Shown: positions 12,901 through 24,475, counted from the stretch's first letter. The stretch is 64,000 nt of DNA from an uncultured delta proteobacterium (GCA_963845515.1 CAWJSR010000019.1:23558-87557); one strand, 5' to 3'. Notes: generated by a model from the letters alone, not told the origin. Made by a program: numbers and translations.

Positions 12901-13879
12901 CCAGGTCCCGGTGGCGATGCCCTCCTGGCTCCCCGCCACCCTGAGCGGACGGCTGGAGCTGGCCGGAAGGACCGAGGCGATGGCCCTCACCGGGAGGCTC
13001 CACGTCCTCCGGGCGCGCTACACCGAGAACGTCGACATGGAGCGGAGCCTCGTCGAGATCCGGCGCCGGGTGGCCGCTCCGAGGGCCTATGACAAGGAGG
13101 GGGAGCGGCTTCGGATGGACGTCCAGCTGGTCGTGGACGGCGACGCACGCATCGAGAACGACCTCGTCCGGGGCACGGTTCACGGCGAAGTCAGCGTCAC
13201 CGGCACCGCCGCTGCGTACGGGATCCTGGGTTCGGTGACGATGGTCGAGGGGAGCCGCGCCTTCTTCCGGGGGAACGAGTTCGACCTGACGCACGCGGTG
13301 GTGGACTTCACCGAGCGCGACCGCCTGGCGATGGCGCTCGACGTCCACGGCCAGGCGCAGGTGCGGGACTACGAGGTCTTCATGCACCTCTTCGGCCCGT
13401 TCGCCGACCCGCAGCTGACCCTCACGAGCACTCCGTCCCTCTCGCAGCCGGACATCGTCACGCTCCTGTCGCTGGGCTTCACGGCGCGCGACGCGGCGGC
13501 CGGGACGGCGATGCAGGGGGTGGCCACCGCGGCGGCGGCGCAGGCGCTCATGAGCGCCTCGGGGCTCGATGAGCAGGTGCGTCGCTTCCTCCCGCGAGGA
13601 GGGGCGATCCGGGACGCGTCGGTGCGGATCACCAGCGCCTACTCTGAGGGCTCCGGGCAGGTCGAGCCCCGCGCGGAGTTCGAGTCATGGCTCTGGCGCG
13701 ACAGGCTGCGGCTCCGCTACCAGGCGCCGCTCTCGGGCGCTCGCGGCCAGCGGGCGCAGGCGGAGTTCCGGCTCGGGCAACACACCGCAGTCCAGTACCA
13801 GTGGGACAACGACAACCCGGACGTCCCAGCAGGCGACCACGGCGTCGATCTCAAGCTTCGCTGGGAGTGGAACGACTGA
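9913..13879 (+). CDS. tamB: Translocation/assembly module TamB-like protein, frameshifted at about 11404
   Basis: N-terminal TM, long beta-rich repeats, C-terminal DUF490-like region (LTSTPSLSQPDIVTLLSLG; GVDLKLRWEW). Removing one A (cag-a-atc) joins the two ORFs. Confidence 0.85.
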
Positions 13880-16800
13880 TGTCCTGGGCCCGCACCCTGC
13901 AGCGTGCCGCCGTGGCGGCGGCGCTCGCGTACGGCCACGCCTTCGCGCAGGAGGCGCCCTCCGTGCCGGCGGCGCCGGACGACGTCGCGCGACCCCGCGT
14001 GGCGGGGGTGAAGCTCCTCCTCCCCCCGTCCGAGGAGCCGGCACGGCAGGCGCTGGAGGCGCTGGTGGCGGTGAGCCCCGGAGAGGTGGTCTCGGCGCGA
14101 GACCTCCGCCGCACGGTGCAGCTCCTCTGGCAGAAGGGGCGCTGCCGCAACGTGATCATTCGCGAGCGCCCCGCCCCCGCCCCCGAGGACGGGACCCTGG
14201 CGGCGTGGGTGGCGCTGGAGGTCGAGTGTCTCGGGATCCGCAGGCTGCGGCGGGTCGAGGTCGTCGAGGAGGGGAGCCCCCCAGTGCTCGACCCGATCCG
14301 GCGGGAAGGCGCGGCGGGGCTGCGCGTGGGGGAGCCGTGGGAGGACGCCGACCTCCCCGGCGTGCGACAGCGGATCTCGGCCGCCTACGCGCGGCGCGGG
14401 TGGCGCGCGGTGGAGGTGCGGGGCGAGGCCAGCGGAGACTCCGAGGTGGCGCTCCGGCTGTCGGTCAGCCCCGGGGCACCGACGCGGGTGGCGCGCGTAT
14501 CGCTCGAAGGCGACGGGGCCGCGGCGGCGGGGACGCTGCTCGGGGAGCTGAAGACGCGCCCGGGCGAGATCATCGACGAGGAGGCGCTCGCGGAGGACGG
14601 CCGCGCGCTCGCGGCGCGGCTGCGGCGGACGGGGCGGCGCCGCGCGCACGTGGCGGCCCCCCGCGTGGTCGAGGGCAAGGAGGGGGCGGAGGTCGTCTTC
14701 CCAGTCGACCCGGGGCCGCCGATGCACCTCTCCGTGGCGGGGAGCGCGTCCTTCACCGCCGCCGCGATCGAGGGGGCGCTCCGGCTCGGCCCGGAGGACT
14801 CATTCGACCAGTCGTCGCTGGAGGCCGCCGCGGGGCGGATCCGCGCCTTCTATCTCGCCCGGGGCTTTGCCGAGGTGCGGGCACGGTGGAGGGAGTCGAC
14901 CCGCGGCGGTGTCGTGACGGTCGCCCTGAGCGTCGACGAGGGGCGGCGGTTCCGCCTTCGACGGATAGCGTTCACTGGGGTCACCTACCGCGACGAGGGC
15001 TGGCTCCGGGACCGGCTCCTCGAGATCCTGGAGGAGGACGGAGGCGCCGCCGACACCGACGCCGCCGATCGTCGCCGGGAGCTCATCCTCTCGGTCCCGG
15101 GCGCCACGCTGCACCGCGAGTCCCCGCAGCCGCTGCCCCCACCGGAGCGGTGGGACGAGGCGGCATGGGAGCGCGCAGCGGTCAGGCTCGTCGACTGGTA
15201 CCGGAACGAGGGGTTCCTCGACGCCGAGCACGCCGGCACCACGCTCGCGCTCGATCGGAAGCGCGGCACCATCGACGTGACGATCCACATGAGCGAGGGG
15301 GCGAGGACCTTCGTCGAGGCCATCTCCTTCGAGGGCAACTCGGCGATCTCGCTCCCGGACCTCGCGCGCCAGTCCCGAATCGCACCAGGCGATCCGCTCT
15401 CCTGGGAGGCAGTGGAGAGCACGCGCGGCGCGCTGCTTCGGCTCTACGTCTCCCGTGGGTTCCTGTATGCGCGGGCAGAGGCGCGAGAGGCGCCCGGGAC
15501 GGCGGCGGGCACCGCCGGGATCGTCTACCGCCTCGACGAGGGGCCGCGGGTCCGGCTCGGCCGGATCGTGGTGACTGGAAACCGGCGTACCGAGGACGAC
15601 GTCATCCGGCGCGCGCTCTCGGTGGCCGAGGCCGATTGGTACGACCCGGACGCGATCGCGCGCAGCCAGGCGGCCCTGCTGCGGCTGGGCGTCTTCCGCT
15701 CCGTCGCGCTCCGGCTGCGCGAGCCCGAGGTGCCCGAGGAGGTGAAGGATCTCTCCATCGAGCTCTCCGAGCGCCCCTGGCAGACGCTGGCCCCGGGCGT
15801 GGGCTTCTCCATCGCGAACGGACCGCGCGCGTTCGTGGAGTGGCAACGCCCCAACCTCCTCGGCCGCGCGGTCGAGCTGGCGGTTCGCACGAAGGTGAAC
15901 TACCCGCTGGAGACCTTCCGGCCCGATCTCGCCGGGGTGGCGCCCGGGGAGAGGGTCGAGGGGCGCGCCGACGCCGGGCTCCGCTTCCAGCGCTTCGACC
16001 TGCTCTCGCTGCCGCTTGGAGCACGGCTCGACGCCATCGGGGAGCGGCTCAACCGCCGCGCCTACCGGCTGACGCGTGGCTCGACCATCGCCGGCCTCGA
16101 TCTGGCGCTGACGCCCCAGGCCGGCGTCTCGCTCCAGTACGAGCTGGAGATCGACCAGATCGAGAAGGGGCAGTCGATCGGCTTCATCACGCAGGCCGAC
16201 CTGGAGCGGCTCCGCTTCGACGAGGGCGTCACGACGCTCCAGTCGATCCGCCCCGCCTTCACCCTCGACTACCGCGACAACTCCGCCCACCCGCAGAAGG
16301 GCTGGTTCGGCTCCGGATCGCTGGAGTGGGCCCGCTCGCTGGGCGATCCCGACCACAGGCTGCTCTTCGGCCTGGCTCCCGGGAGCGACATCCACAGCGA
16401 CTTCCTCAAGATCCAGGGGACGCTCTCCGGCTACCTGCCGGTCGGGGGCGGCAGCACGCTCGCGCTCTCGGTCAGGGCCGGCCGCGTCATCCCGCTCGAT
16501 CCCTCCTCGCGGACCATCATCCCGCGCCGCTTCTTCCTCGGCGGCGCGTCGACGATGCGTGGGTGGGCCGAGGAGGAGCTGATCGAGGAGGACGTGCGCG
16601 GGGCCGTCGCCGGGGAGGCCCGCGCGTGCGCCGTCTCGCTCTCCGATCCCGGCTGCACCGACCGCGGCCGGCGCGTCTACGAGGGGGGGATGGCGGTGTC
16701 CGAGGGTGGCGAGGCCTTCGTCCTCCTCAAGGCGGAGGTCCGCATGCCGCTCAAGGGGAGCCTCGAAGCAGGGTTCTTCGCCGACCTCGGGAACCTCTGG

Positions 16801-16971
16801 CTGAACCCGCACGAAGCCGACATCACCAAGCTGCGCGTCGACGTCGGGCTCGGCCTCCGCTTCGTGACTCCGATCGGCCCCGCGGCCCTCGACGTGGGCT
16901 TCAACGTGACCCCCGACGCCCAGCTCAACGAGCGCATCGTCGCCCCGCACTTCACGGTGGGGCTGTTCTAG
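13879..16971 (+). CDS. Omp85/TamA-BamA family outer membrane protein with POTRA domains
   Basis: Signal peptide, POTRA motifs (ISFEGNS, VVTGNRRTEDDVIRR), RFFLGGASTMRGW, GLGLRFVTPIGP, terminal Phe; TGATG overlap with tamB. Confidence 0.9.
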   Translation: MSWARTLQRAAVAAALAYGHAFAQEAPSVPAAPDDVARPRVAGVKLLLPPSEEPARQALEALVAVSPGEVVSARDLRRTVQLLWQKGRCRNVIIRERPAPAPEDGTLAAWVALEVECLGIRRLRRVEVVEEGSPPVLDPIRREGAAGLRVGEPWEDADLPGVRQRISAAYARRGWRAVEVRGEASGDSEVALRLSVSPGAPTRVARVSLEGDGAAAAGTLLGELKTRPGEIIDEEALAEDGRALAARLRRTGRRRAHVAAPRVVEGKEGAEVVFPVDPGPPMHLSVAGSASFTAAAIEGALRLGPEDSFDQSSLEAAAGRIRAFYLARGFAEVRARWRESTRGGVVTVALSVDEGRRFRLRRIAFTGVTYRDEGWLRDRLLEILEEDGGAADTDAADRRRELILSVPGATLHRESPQPLPPPERWDEAAWERAAVRLVDWYRNEGFLDAEHAGTTLALDRKRGTIDVTIHMSEGARTFVEAISFEGNSAISLPDLARQSRIAPGDPLSWEAVESTRGALLRLYVSRGFLYARAEAREAPGTAAGTAGIVYRLDEGPRVRLGRIVVTGNRRTEDDVIRRALSVAEADWYDPDAIARSQAALLRLGVFRSVALRLREPEVPEEVKDLSIELSERPWQTLAPGVGFSIANGPRAFVEWQRPNLLGRAVELAVRTKVNYPLETFRPDLAGVAPGERVEGRADAGLRFQRFDLLSLPLGARLDAIGERLNRRAYRLTRGSTIAGLDLALTPQAGVSLQYELEIDQIEKGQSIGFITQADLERLRFDEGVTTLQSIRPAFTLDYRDNSAHPQKGWFGSGSLEWARSLGDPDHRLLFGLAPGSDIHSDFLKIQGTLSGYLPVGGGSTLALSVRAGRVIPLDPSSRTIIPRRFFLGGASTMRGWAEEELIEEDVRGAVAGEARACAVSLSDPGCTDRGRRVYEGGMAVSEGGEAFVLLKAEVRMPLKGSLEAGFFADLGNLWLNPHEADITKLRVDVGLGLRFVTPIGPAALDVGFNVTPDAQLNERIVAPHFTVGLF

Positions 16972-17013
16972 CGTCGCGCGCGCGCCAGAGCAGCGCGACC
17001 TGGAGCAGCGCCG

Positions 17014-17589
17014 TCAGCGCCGCGCCGCCCTCGGAGGCGCGCCCTTCCTCCCCAGCGCCTCCAGCATCTTCCGTTCCCAGTACGTCCCCTTCACGACCGA
17101 GAGGAGCCCGTTCAGGATCTCCCGGGACGTTGGGCTCTCCGCCCGCGAGACGAAGATGCCGTCGGCGCTCGTGACGAACGCGCCGACGTGGGTGATCTCG
17201 CCGGGGCGCACCTCGAACCGGAAGCGCGGGTCGTCCTTGTTGTCGTGCGTCATCAGCAGGTACGTGACGCCGCGCGAGTAGAAGATGAGGAGCCGATAGG
17301 CCGTCGGCTTCAGGTTCTCGAAGACGAAGTCACCGTTCGGATAGACGTGGGCGCGCGGCGACCGCGGCTCCAGGCCCCAGTAGCTCGTCCCCTCCTCGTA
17401 GAGGAGGACGCCCTGAATCTCCTGCCCGGGAAACCGGAGGTTGCCGACGACCATGCCCTGCGCCGGGTCGGTGCGGTCGCGGATCGGTCCCGTGTCGTTC
17501 CGGGACTGCACGATGACGCAGCCCATCGCGCAGCCGAGCGCCAGCGCCGCCACGACCGTCCGCCCGCCGTCCCTCGCCGATCGCGCCAT
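17014..17589 (-). CDS. Hypothetical lipoprotein
   Basis: Hydrophobic leader ending in CAMGC lipobox; start overlaps the SDR stop codon; GC3-biased codons. Confidence 0.65.
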   Translation of the reverse strand: MARSARDGGRTVVAALALGCAMGCVIVQSRNDTGPIRDRTDPAQGMVVGNLRFPGQEIQGVLLYEEGTSYWGLEPRSPRAHVYPNGDFVFENLKPTAYRLLIFYSRGVTYLLMTHDNKDDPRFRFEVRPGEITHVGAFVTSADGIFVSRAESPTSREILNGLLSVVKGTYWERKMLEALGRKGAPPRAARR

Positions 17590-18293
17590 CACTGCCTCCC
17601 AGACAGGTGCCGTCCGCCATCGACCGGCAGCAGCGCACCCGTCACGAACGCCGCCTCCGCGAGGAACGAGACGGCGCGCGCGACGTCCTCGGGCGTGCCG
17701 GCCCGCATGAGGGGGATCCTGCTGACGTGGTAGCGGACCTTCGCGGGCGGCCAGTCCTTCGGGAAGAGGGCCGCGCCGGGGAGGACCGCGTTCACGCGGA
17801 CCCTGGGCGCCAGCTCCAGCGCGAGGCACTCGGTGATCCGCGCCAGCGCCGCCTTCGAGGCGGCGTAGGCGGCGTAGCGCCGCCAGGGGACCAGTCCGCC
17901 GCCGACGTCGACGATGTTGACGACCGAGCCGGCCGACTTCCGGAGCAGCGGCAGGAGCGCCCGGATCAGGAGCAGCGGCGCGCGGGCGTTGAGGTCCATC
18001 TGCTCGTCGAAGGAGGCCGCGTCGATCTCCTCGAGCCGTCGCTCCTCGAAGCCGGCGGCGGAGTTGACGAGCAGGTCCAGCCGCTTGAACTCCCGCCGGA
18101 ACGCCGCCGCCAGCGTGGCGGGGCCGTCGGCGAGCGCGAGGTCGGCCTGGATCGACGCGTCGACGCCTCGCGGCACGTGGCTGCGGTAGTGGCCGACGAC
18201 GAGGTAGCCGCGCTTCGCGAGGTGGCGCGCGATGGCGCTGCCGACGCGGACGCCAGCGCCGGTGACGAGGGCGACGGGGCGGGGAGGGGGCAT
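17589..18293 (-). CDS. SDR oxidoreductase, pteridine reductase/FolM-like
   Basis: ALVTGAGVRVG, LLVNSAA, VVNIVD, YAASKAAL catalytic YxxxK, VDGGR. Confidence 0.88.
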   Translation of the reverse strand: MPPPRPVALVTGAGVRVGSAIARHLAKRGYLVVGHYRSHVPRGVDASIQADLALADGPATLAAAFRREFKRLDLLVNSAAGFEERRLEEIDAASFDEQMDLNARAPLLLIRALLPLLRKSAGSVVNIVDVGGGLVPWRRYAAYAASKAALARITECLALELAPRVRVNAVLPGAALFPKDWPPAKVRYHVSRIPLMRAGTPEDVARAVSFLAEAAFVTGALLPVDGGRHLSGRQ

Positions 18294-18307
18294 GGAGAGA
18301 GGGTATC

Positions 18308-18835
18308 TCAGCTCTCGTCCGCCCGCCCCGCCCTGGCGTTCGCCACCCTCGCCGCCACGAAGAGCAGGTCCGAGAGCCGGTTGAGATATGCAAGCACGAG
18401 CGGCGGCGCCCCGCCCGGCACCGCGAGGGCATGGCGCTCGGCGCGCCGGCAGACGGCGCGCGCGACGTGGAGCGCGCCGGCGCCGCGAGTCCCCGCGGGG
18501 AGGATGAAGCGGTCGAGCCTGGGCAGCTCCGACTCCCAGAGGTCGATCGTCCCCTCCAGCCGCTCGATCGCGGCAGGGGCCACCGAGGCGGTCCTGCCCG
18601 ACGCCCCGGCGGGGGTCGCCAGCTCCGCGGCGGCGGGGACCAGATCCCGCTGCACCTGCGCGAGGACGCCGTCGAGGTCGGCGTCCTCGAGGAACGAGCG
18701 GGCGAGGCCGATCGCCGACGAGAGCTCGTCCACGTCGCCGTACGCCGCGACCCTCGCGTCCGACTTGGGGACGCGGGCGCCCCCCACGAGCCCCGTTTGG
18801 CCGGCGTCCCCGGTCTTCGTGTAGATCTTCGTCAC
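18308..18835 (-). CDS. pduO: ATP:cob(I)alamin adenosyltransferase (PduO type)
   Basis: KIYTKTGDAGQTGL, AYGDVDELS, ARAVCRRAER, YLNRLSDLLF. Confidence 0.93.
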   Translation of the reverse strand: MTKIYTKTGDAGQTGLVGGARVPKSDARVAAYGDVDELSSAIGLARSFLEDADLDGVLAQVQRDLVPAAAELATPAGASGRTASVAPAAIERLEGTIDLWESELPRLDRFILPAGTRGAGALHVARAVCRRAERHALAVPGGAPPLVLAYLNRLSDLLFVAARVANARAGRADES

Positions 18836-18889
18836 GACCGTGGTGCTATCACCGCGCGCGCGGCGCGACAACGCCTGGAGGCGGAGACG

Positions 18890-20230
18890 ATGGAGCCCAT
18901 CTTCGAGGGGGAGCAGCTGGCGGAGGTTGGGCGCGAGGCGGCTCGGCTCGCGTGGGCGGGGGGCATGACGGTCACGAAGCCGGACGGGTCGATCGTCCCC
19001 ATCCCGCTGGTGGCCGAGCCCGAGGTCATGCCGCGCGCGGCGCTCGCCGCGGCGGCCCTGGAGGCGCGGCTGATCCTCTCGGGCTCCGTGAAGCTCGCGA
19101 AGGCGCTCCTCGACCACGGCGACGCGCGCGACCGGGAGGCGCTCCTCGGTCCGTTCGGCGGCCTCGAGGCCGAGGCGATGTCGAGGCTCTTCACCGAGGC
19201 CCCGCAGCCCGCGATGGTCGCGCGCGTCGACTTCCTCGTGCCGGAGGCGGGCGGGGCCCCACGCGCGCTGGAGCTGAACGCCACGATCCCGGCGATGCCC
19301 GCCTACGCCGACCTCGCGAGCCACTCCTGGCTGCGTGCCGCGGGGCGGGCCAGGGGGCTCGCGCCGAGGGAGCGCGAGGCGCTCGTCGCCGCTTGCGGAA
19401 GCCACATGGAGAACCTGCGCGTCGCGCTCGTCGACTTCCACCGCTCGCGCGGCGGAGCCGGCACCCGGCCATCCATCGCGCTGGTGGCGCGCCCGGGCGA
19501 CGCGCAGATCGGCGAGCTCCGGCGGCTCGCGGAGCACTTCCGCCAGATGGGGCACCGGGCCGAGAACCTGCTGCCGGACGGCTGCGTGCCCGAGGAGTGG
19601 GGCGTGCTCTACCGGCACGTCTGGGCGCACCGCGTGGCGCCCGAGGCGCCGTTCGCCCGCGCCCTGCGCGATCCCGGACGCTACCCCATCGCCAACCCCG
19701 TCAACGGGCTGCTGGAGGCGAAGGCGCTCTTCGCGCGCCTCTCCGAGTGCGCGGAGGACCACGCGCTGGCCGGACGCGCGGGCCTGACCCCCGACGAGCG
19801 GGCCGCGGCGGCGCGCCTGCCCGTGACGCGGCGGCTCGACGGCCAGCTCGCCGCCCGGGTCAAGGCGGAGCGCGAGCGCTGGGTCCTCAAGCGGAGCTGG
19901 GATTACGGGGGCAAGAGCGTCCACCTTGGGGCGGAGGCGGATCCCGCGGCCTGGCCCGGGATCGTCGACGCGGCGCTGGGAGACGGGCGCGGCGGCGGCT
20001 TCGTGGCGCAGGAGCGGATCTTCGCGCGGCGCGGGGAGGCCACGCGCGTGACGCCGGAGGGCATCACGCGCGGCGTCCTCTACCGGGATCTCTCGACCTA
20101 CTGCGGCCTCGGGCCGCGACCACCGTCCGGGTCCGTGGTGCGGGCGGCGTCGTCGCCCATCGTCAACATCCTGGGCGGAGGTGGGCTCGCGCCGGTCGTG
20201 CCCGAAGACGTCGCGGCGGCGCTGCGTTGA
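18890..20230 (+). CDS. Circularly permuted ATP-grasp (glutathione/glutathionylspermidine synthetase-like) putative amide ligase
   Basis: ARVDF, LELNAT, WVLKRSWDYGGKSVHLG, FVAQE and VNILGGGG motifs in CP-ATP-grasp order; GGAGG upstream. Confidence 0.7.
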   Translation: MEPIFEGEQLAEVGREAARLAWAGGMTVTKPDGSIVPIPLVAEPEVMPRAALAAAALEARLILSGSVKLAKALLDHGDARDREALLGPFGGLEAEAMSRLFTEAPQPAMVARVDFLVPEAGGAPRALELNATIPAMPAYADLASHSWLRAAGRARGLAPREREALVAACGSHMENLRVALVDFHRSRGGAGTRPSIALVARPGDAQIGELRRLAEHFRQMGHRAENLLPDGCVPEEWGVLYRHVWAHRVAPEAPFARALRDPGRYPIANPVNGLLEAKALFARLSECAEDHALAGRAGLTPDERAAAARLPVTRRLDGQLAARVKAERERWVLKRSWDYGGKSVHLGAEADPAAWPGIVDAALGDGRGGGFVAQERIFARRGEATRVTPEGITRGVLYRDLSTYCGLGPRPPSGSVVRAASSPIVNILGGGGLAPVVPEDVAAALR

Positions 20231-20271
20231 CGCGGCGGGGCGCGCAGACGATCATCGCCTCACCTGCCCGA

Positions 20272-21246
20272 ATGGCCGACCGCCAGAAGATCCTCGTCGT
20301 CGACGACTCGAAGACCCAGCTCGACTGGATCCACGACGTGCTGGTCAGGGAGGGCTTCGACGTCCGCACCGCGGCCGACGGGAAGGAGGCGATCCGCAAG
20401 GTCCGGACCGAGCCTCCCGATCTCGTGCTGCTCGACATGGTGCTGCCCGACATGGACGGGCTCGAGGTGCTCCGGATCATCAAGGCGCGCGCCAACGACT
20501 TCATCCCCGTCATCATCCTGTCGGTGAAGGCCGACCTGGACAGCAAGGTGGCGGGGCTCCGGATCGGGGCCGACGACTTCCTCGCCAAGCCGTTCGCCGA
20601 GGCGGAGCTGCTGGCGCGCTGCGCGGCGATGCTGCGGATCAAGCGGCTGCAGGACGAGCTGCACACAGTGCAGAGGAAGCTGGAGGAGCAGTCGATCACC
20701 GACGGGCTCACCGGCCTCAAGAACCGGCGGTTCTTCGACGAGCGGCTCCAGGAGGAGTTCGGGCGCGCCCAGCGCTACACGGATCCCGTGTCGCTGATCA
20801 TGCTCGACCTCGACCACTTCAAGCGCGTCAACGACAGGTACGGCCATCAGGCGGGCGACCTGGTCCTGCGCGAGGCGGCCGACCTGCTGCGCGGCTCCCT
20901 GAGGGATCCCGACATCCCGGCGCGCTATGGCGGCGAGGAGTTCGCGGTCATCCTCCCGAAGACCCACGTGCAGGGGGCGCTCGCCGTCGCGGAGCGGATC
21001 TGGCGCGCCATCGGGGAGAAGACCTTCCGCCACGCGCTCGGCGAGGGACCGGGGGCCTCGCCGCCGATCGAGCTGCGCATCACGGTCTCGATCGGCGTCG
21101 CCTTCTTCCCGTCCAAGGACATCACCTCCTCGGAGCTGCTGGTGAAGTTCGCCGACGAGGCGCTCTACCAGGCGAAGCGCTCGGGCCGGAACTCGATCTG
21201 CCTGTACCAGGCGCAGAACTATCGGTACGACGCCGGCCAGTCCTGA
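20272..21246 (+). CDS. Response regulator diguanylate cyclase (REC-GGDEF)
   Basis: ILVVDD...LLDMVLPDMDG...KP receiver; DLDHFKRVNDRYGHQAGD, RxxD I-site (RDPD), RYGGEEF. Confidence 0.95.
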   Translation: MADRQKILVVDDSKTQLDWIHDVLVREGFDVRTAADGKEAIRKVRTEPPDLVLLDMVLPDMDGLEVLRIIKARANDFIPVIILSVKADLDSKVAGLRIGADDFLAKPFAEAELLARCAAMLRIKRLQDELHTVQRKLEEQSITDGLTGLKNRRFFDERLQEEFGRAQRYTDPVSLIMLDLDHFKRVNDRYGHQAGDLVLREAADLLRGSLRDPDIPARYGGEEFAVILPKTHVQGALAVAERIWRAIGEKTFRHALGEGPGASPPIELRITVSIGVAFFPSKDITSSELLVKFADEALYQAKRSGRNSICLYQAQNYRYDAGQS

Positions 21247-21310
21247 CGCCGCGACCCTCTCGGGCCTCCTCCGGGTGGGTCCCAGACCGGCGTCTACGGG
21301 TGTAGTATGA

Positions 21311-21332
21311 ACCGGGTCCGCGCGGACCCGGT
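21311..21332. promoter_or_regulatory. Perfect 22-bp palindrome, candidate activator binding site or hairpin
   Basis: ACCGGGTCCGCGCGGACCCGGT is its own reverse complement. Confidence 0.55.
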
Positions 21333-21383
21333 GGCCCTTTCCTTCAAACGGCTGAAAACGCGGCCCGACAGGCGGGCGCAGGC

Positions 21384-21399
21384 TGGTTCCGCGAGTGCA
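21384..21399 (+). promoter_or_regulatory. Putative sigma54 -24/-12 promoter
   Basis: TGGTTCCGCGAGTGCA has GG-N10-GC spacing, about 20 nt before the kinase start. Confidence 0.4.
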
Positions 21400-21419
21400 A
21401 CCCGGGGCTTTCCTTGGTC

Positions 21420-22982
21420 ATGGAATCGGTGGGGGCCAAAATCGGGGCTGACCGGCATCACTCCCGGCCGGAGTCGACGGTGCTGGTCGTCGACGACGAC
21501 GAGCACGTGCGGCGCACGCTCGCGCGCATCCTGCGGGGGCGGTTCCACGGGAAGGTGATCCTCGCCACCGACGGGCAGGAGGGGCTCGCCATCCTCGGGC
21601 GGGAGGCGATCCACGCCGTCGTCTCGGACTACCGGATGCCCGGCATGTCGGGCGTCGAGTTCCTGCGGGTGGTCAAGGAGCGGTGGCCGTCCATCCAGCG
21701 CGTCCTGCTGACCGGCCAGGCGGACTCGACCGCGATCGAGGAGGCGGTCAACCAGGCGGAGATCTTCCGCTTCATCTGGAAGCCCTGGGACGACTCGCAC
21801 CTCCTCGCGACCATACAGAGCGCGGTCGACCAGTACTGGATCGTCGAGGAGAACCACAGGCTGCAGCGGCTCGTCGCCGAACGGAACGACGAGCTCGAGC
21901 GGCTGAACCGCGACCTCGACAACCGGCTCGCGCAGCGCTCTGCGGCGCTCGTCCGGGCGGCGGAGGAGTGGCGCGCCAGCTTCGACGCCATCGGCGATCC
22001 GCTGGCGATCCTCCGCGTCGGCGGGTGCGAGGTCGTCCGCTCGAACACGGCCTTCGCGCGCGCAGCGGGCGTCGCGCCGACGGAGCTCTCGGGGCTGCGC
22101 TGCGCCGAGCACGCCTACGGGACGCTCCCGTGCCCGGCCCGGTGTGCGATGGCGCTCGGCGGCCCGGCCGAGCGCGAGGTCGTCTTCGGCGACCGCACCT
22201 GGCTCCTGCGCAGCTTCCCGCTCGACTACGAGACCGAGCTGGCGGCGGTCGTGACCTTCAAGGACGTGACCGACGAGCGCGAGGTGGGGCGCAGGCTCTT
22301 CCACGCCGAGAAGATGGCGGCGGTCGGGCAGCTCGCTGGCGGCGTCGCGCACGAGATCAACAACCCCCTCGGCGGCATCCTCGCCTTCGCCCAGATGATG
22401 GCGCGCGAGGGGAGCCGGAGCGCGGACGACAAGGAGAGCCTGCGGCTCATCCAGGACGCCGCACTCCGGGCGAAGCGCATCGTCGAGTCGCTGCTGAGGT
22501 TCTCGCGCCGGCCGAAGCCCGAGGAGCGGGGGCGGGTCGATCTGGGCGTCGTCTGCGACGACGCGCTCTTCCTCCTGCTGTCGCAGCTCAAGGAGAAGAA
22601 GTACGACGTCATCCGCGACTACCAGCCGGCCATCGCGATCGGCAACGCCAACCAGCTCCAGCAGATCGTGGTCAACCTCGTGGTCAACGCGATCCAGGCG
22701 ATGCCAGGGGGCGGACGGATCCTGGTCGGGACCGGCCCGGCCGGGCCGGGGCGGGTGCGGTTCAGCGTGACGGACGACGGGGAGGGGATCGCCCCCGAGG
22801 TCGCGAAGCGGATCTTCGAGCCGTTCTTCACGACGAAGCCGGAAGGGCAGGGCACCGGGCTCGGCCTCTCGATCTGCTACCAGATCGCCGAGGAGAACGG
22901 CGGCAGCATCGTGGCGGAGAACGCGCCGGGGATGGGCGCAGCCTTCTCGGTCGAGCTGCCGGCGGCGCCGGCGGAGCCCTGA
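21420..22982 (+). CDS. Hybrid sensor histidine kinase (REC, PAS-like, HisKA, HATPase)
   Basis: VLVVDDD..VSDYRMPGMSG receiver; GVAHEINNPL H-box; NLVVNA, DDGEGI, FEPFFTTK, GTGLGL. Confidence 0.93.
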   Translation: MESVGAKIGADRHHSRPESTVLVVDDDEHVRRTLARILRGRFHGKVILATDGQEGLAILGREAIHAVVSDYRMPGMSGVEFLRVVKERWPSIQRVLLTGQADSTAIEEAVNQAEIFRFIWKPWDDSHLLATIQSAVDQYWIVEENHRLQRLVAERNDELERLNRDLDNRLAQRSAALVRAAEEWRASFDAIGDPLAILRVGGCEVVRSNTAFARAAGVAPTELSGLRCAEHAYGTLPCPARCAMALGGPAEREVVFGDRTWLLRSFPLDYETELAAVVTFKDVTDEREVGRRLFHAEKMAAVGQLAGGVAHEINNPLGGILAFAQMMAREGSRSADDKESLRLIQDAALRAKRIVESLLRFSRRPKPEERGRVDLGVVCDDALFLLLSQLKEKKYDVIRDYQPAIAIGNANQLQQIVVNLVVNAIQAMPGGGRILVGTGPAGPGRVRFSVTDDGEGIAPEVAKRIFEPFFTTKPEGQGTGLGLSICYQIAEENGGSIVAENAPGMGAAFSVELPAAPAEP

Positions 22983-22999
22983 AGCAGGGGAGGACGACA

Positions 23000-24471
<1,472 letters not shown>

Positions 24472-24475
<4 letters not shown>

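Noticed and set aside
20800..20945. Hypr-type GGDEF making 3',3'-cGAMP
   Set aside because: It retains the Asp in GHQAGD, the canonical c-di-GMP specificity residue, rather than Ser or Thr.
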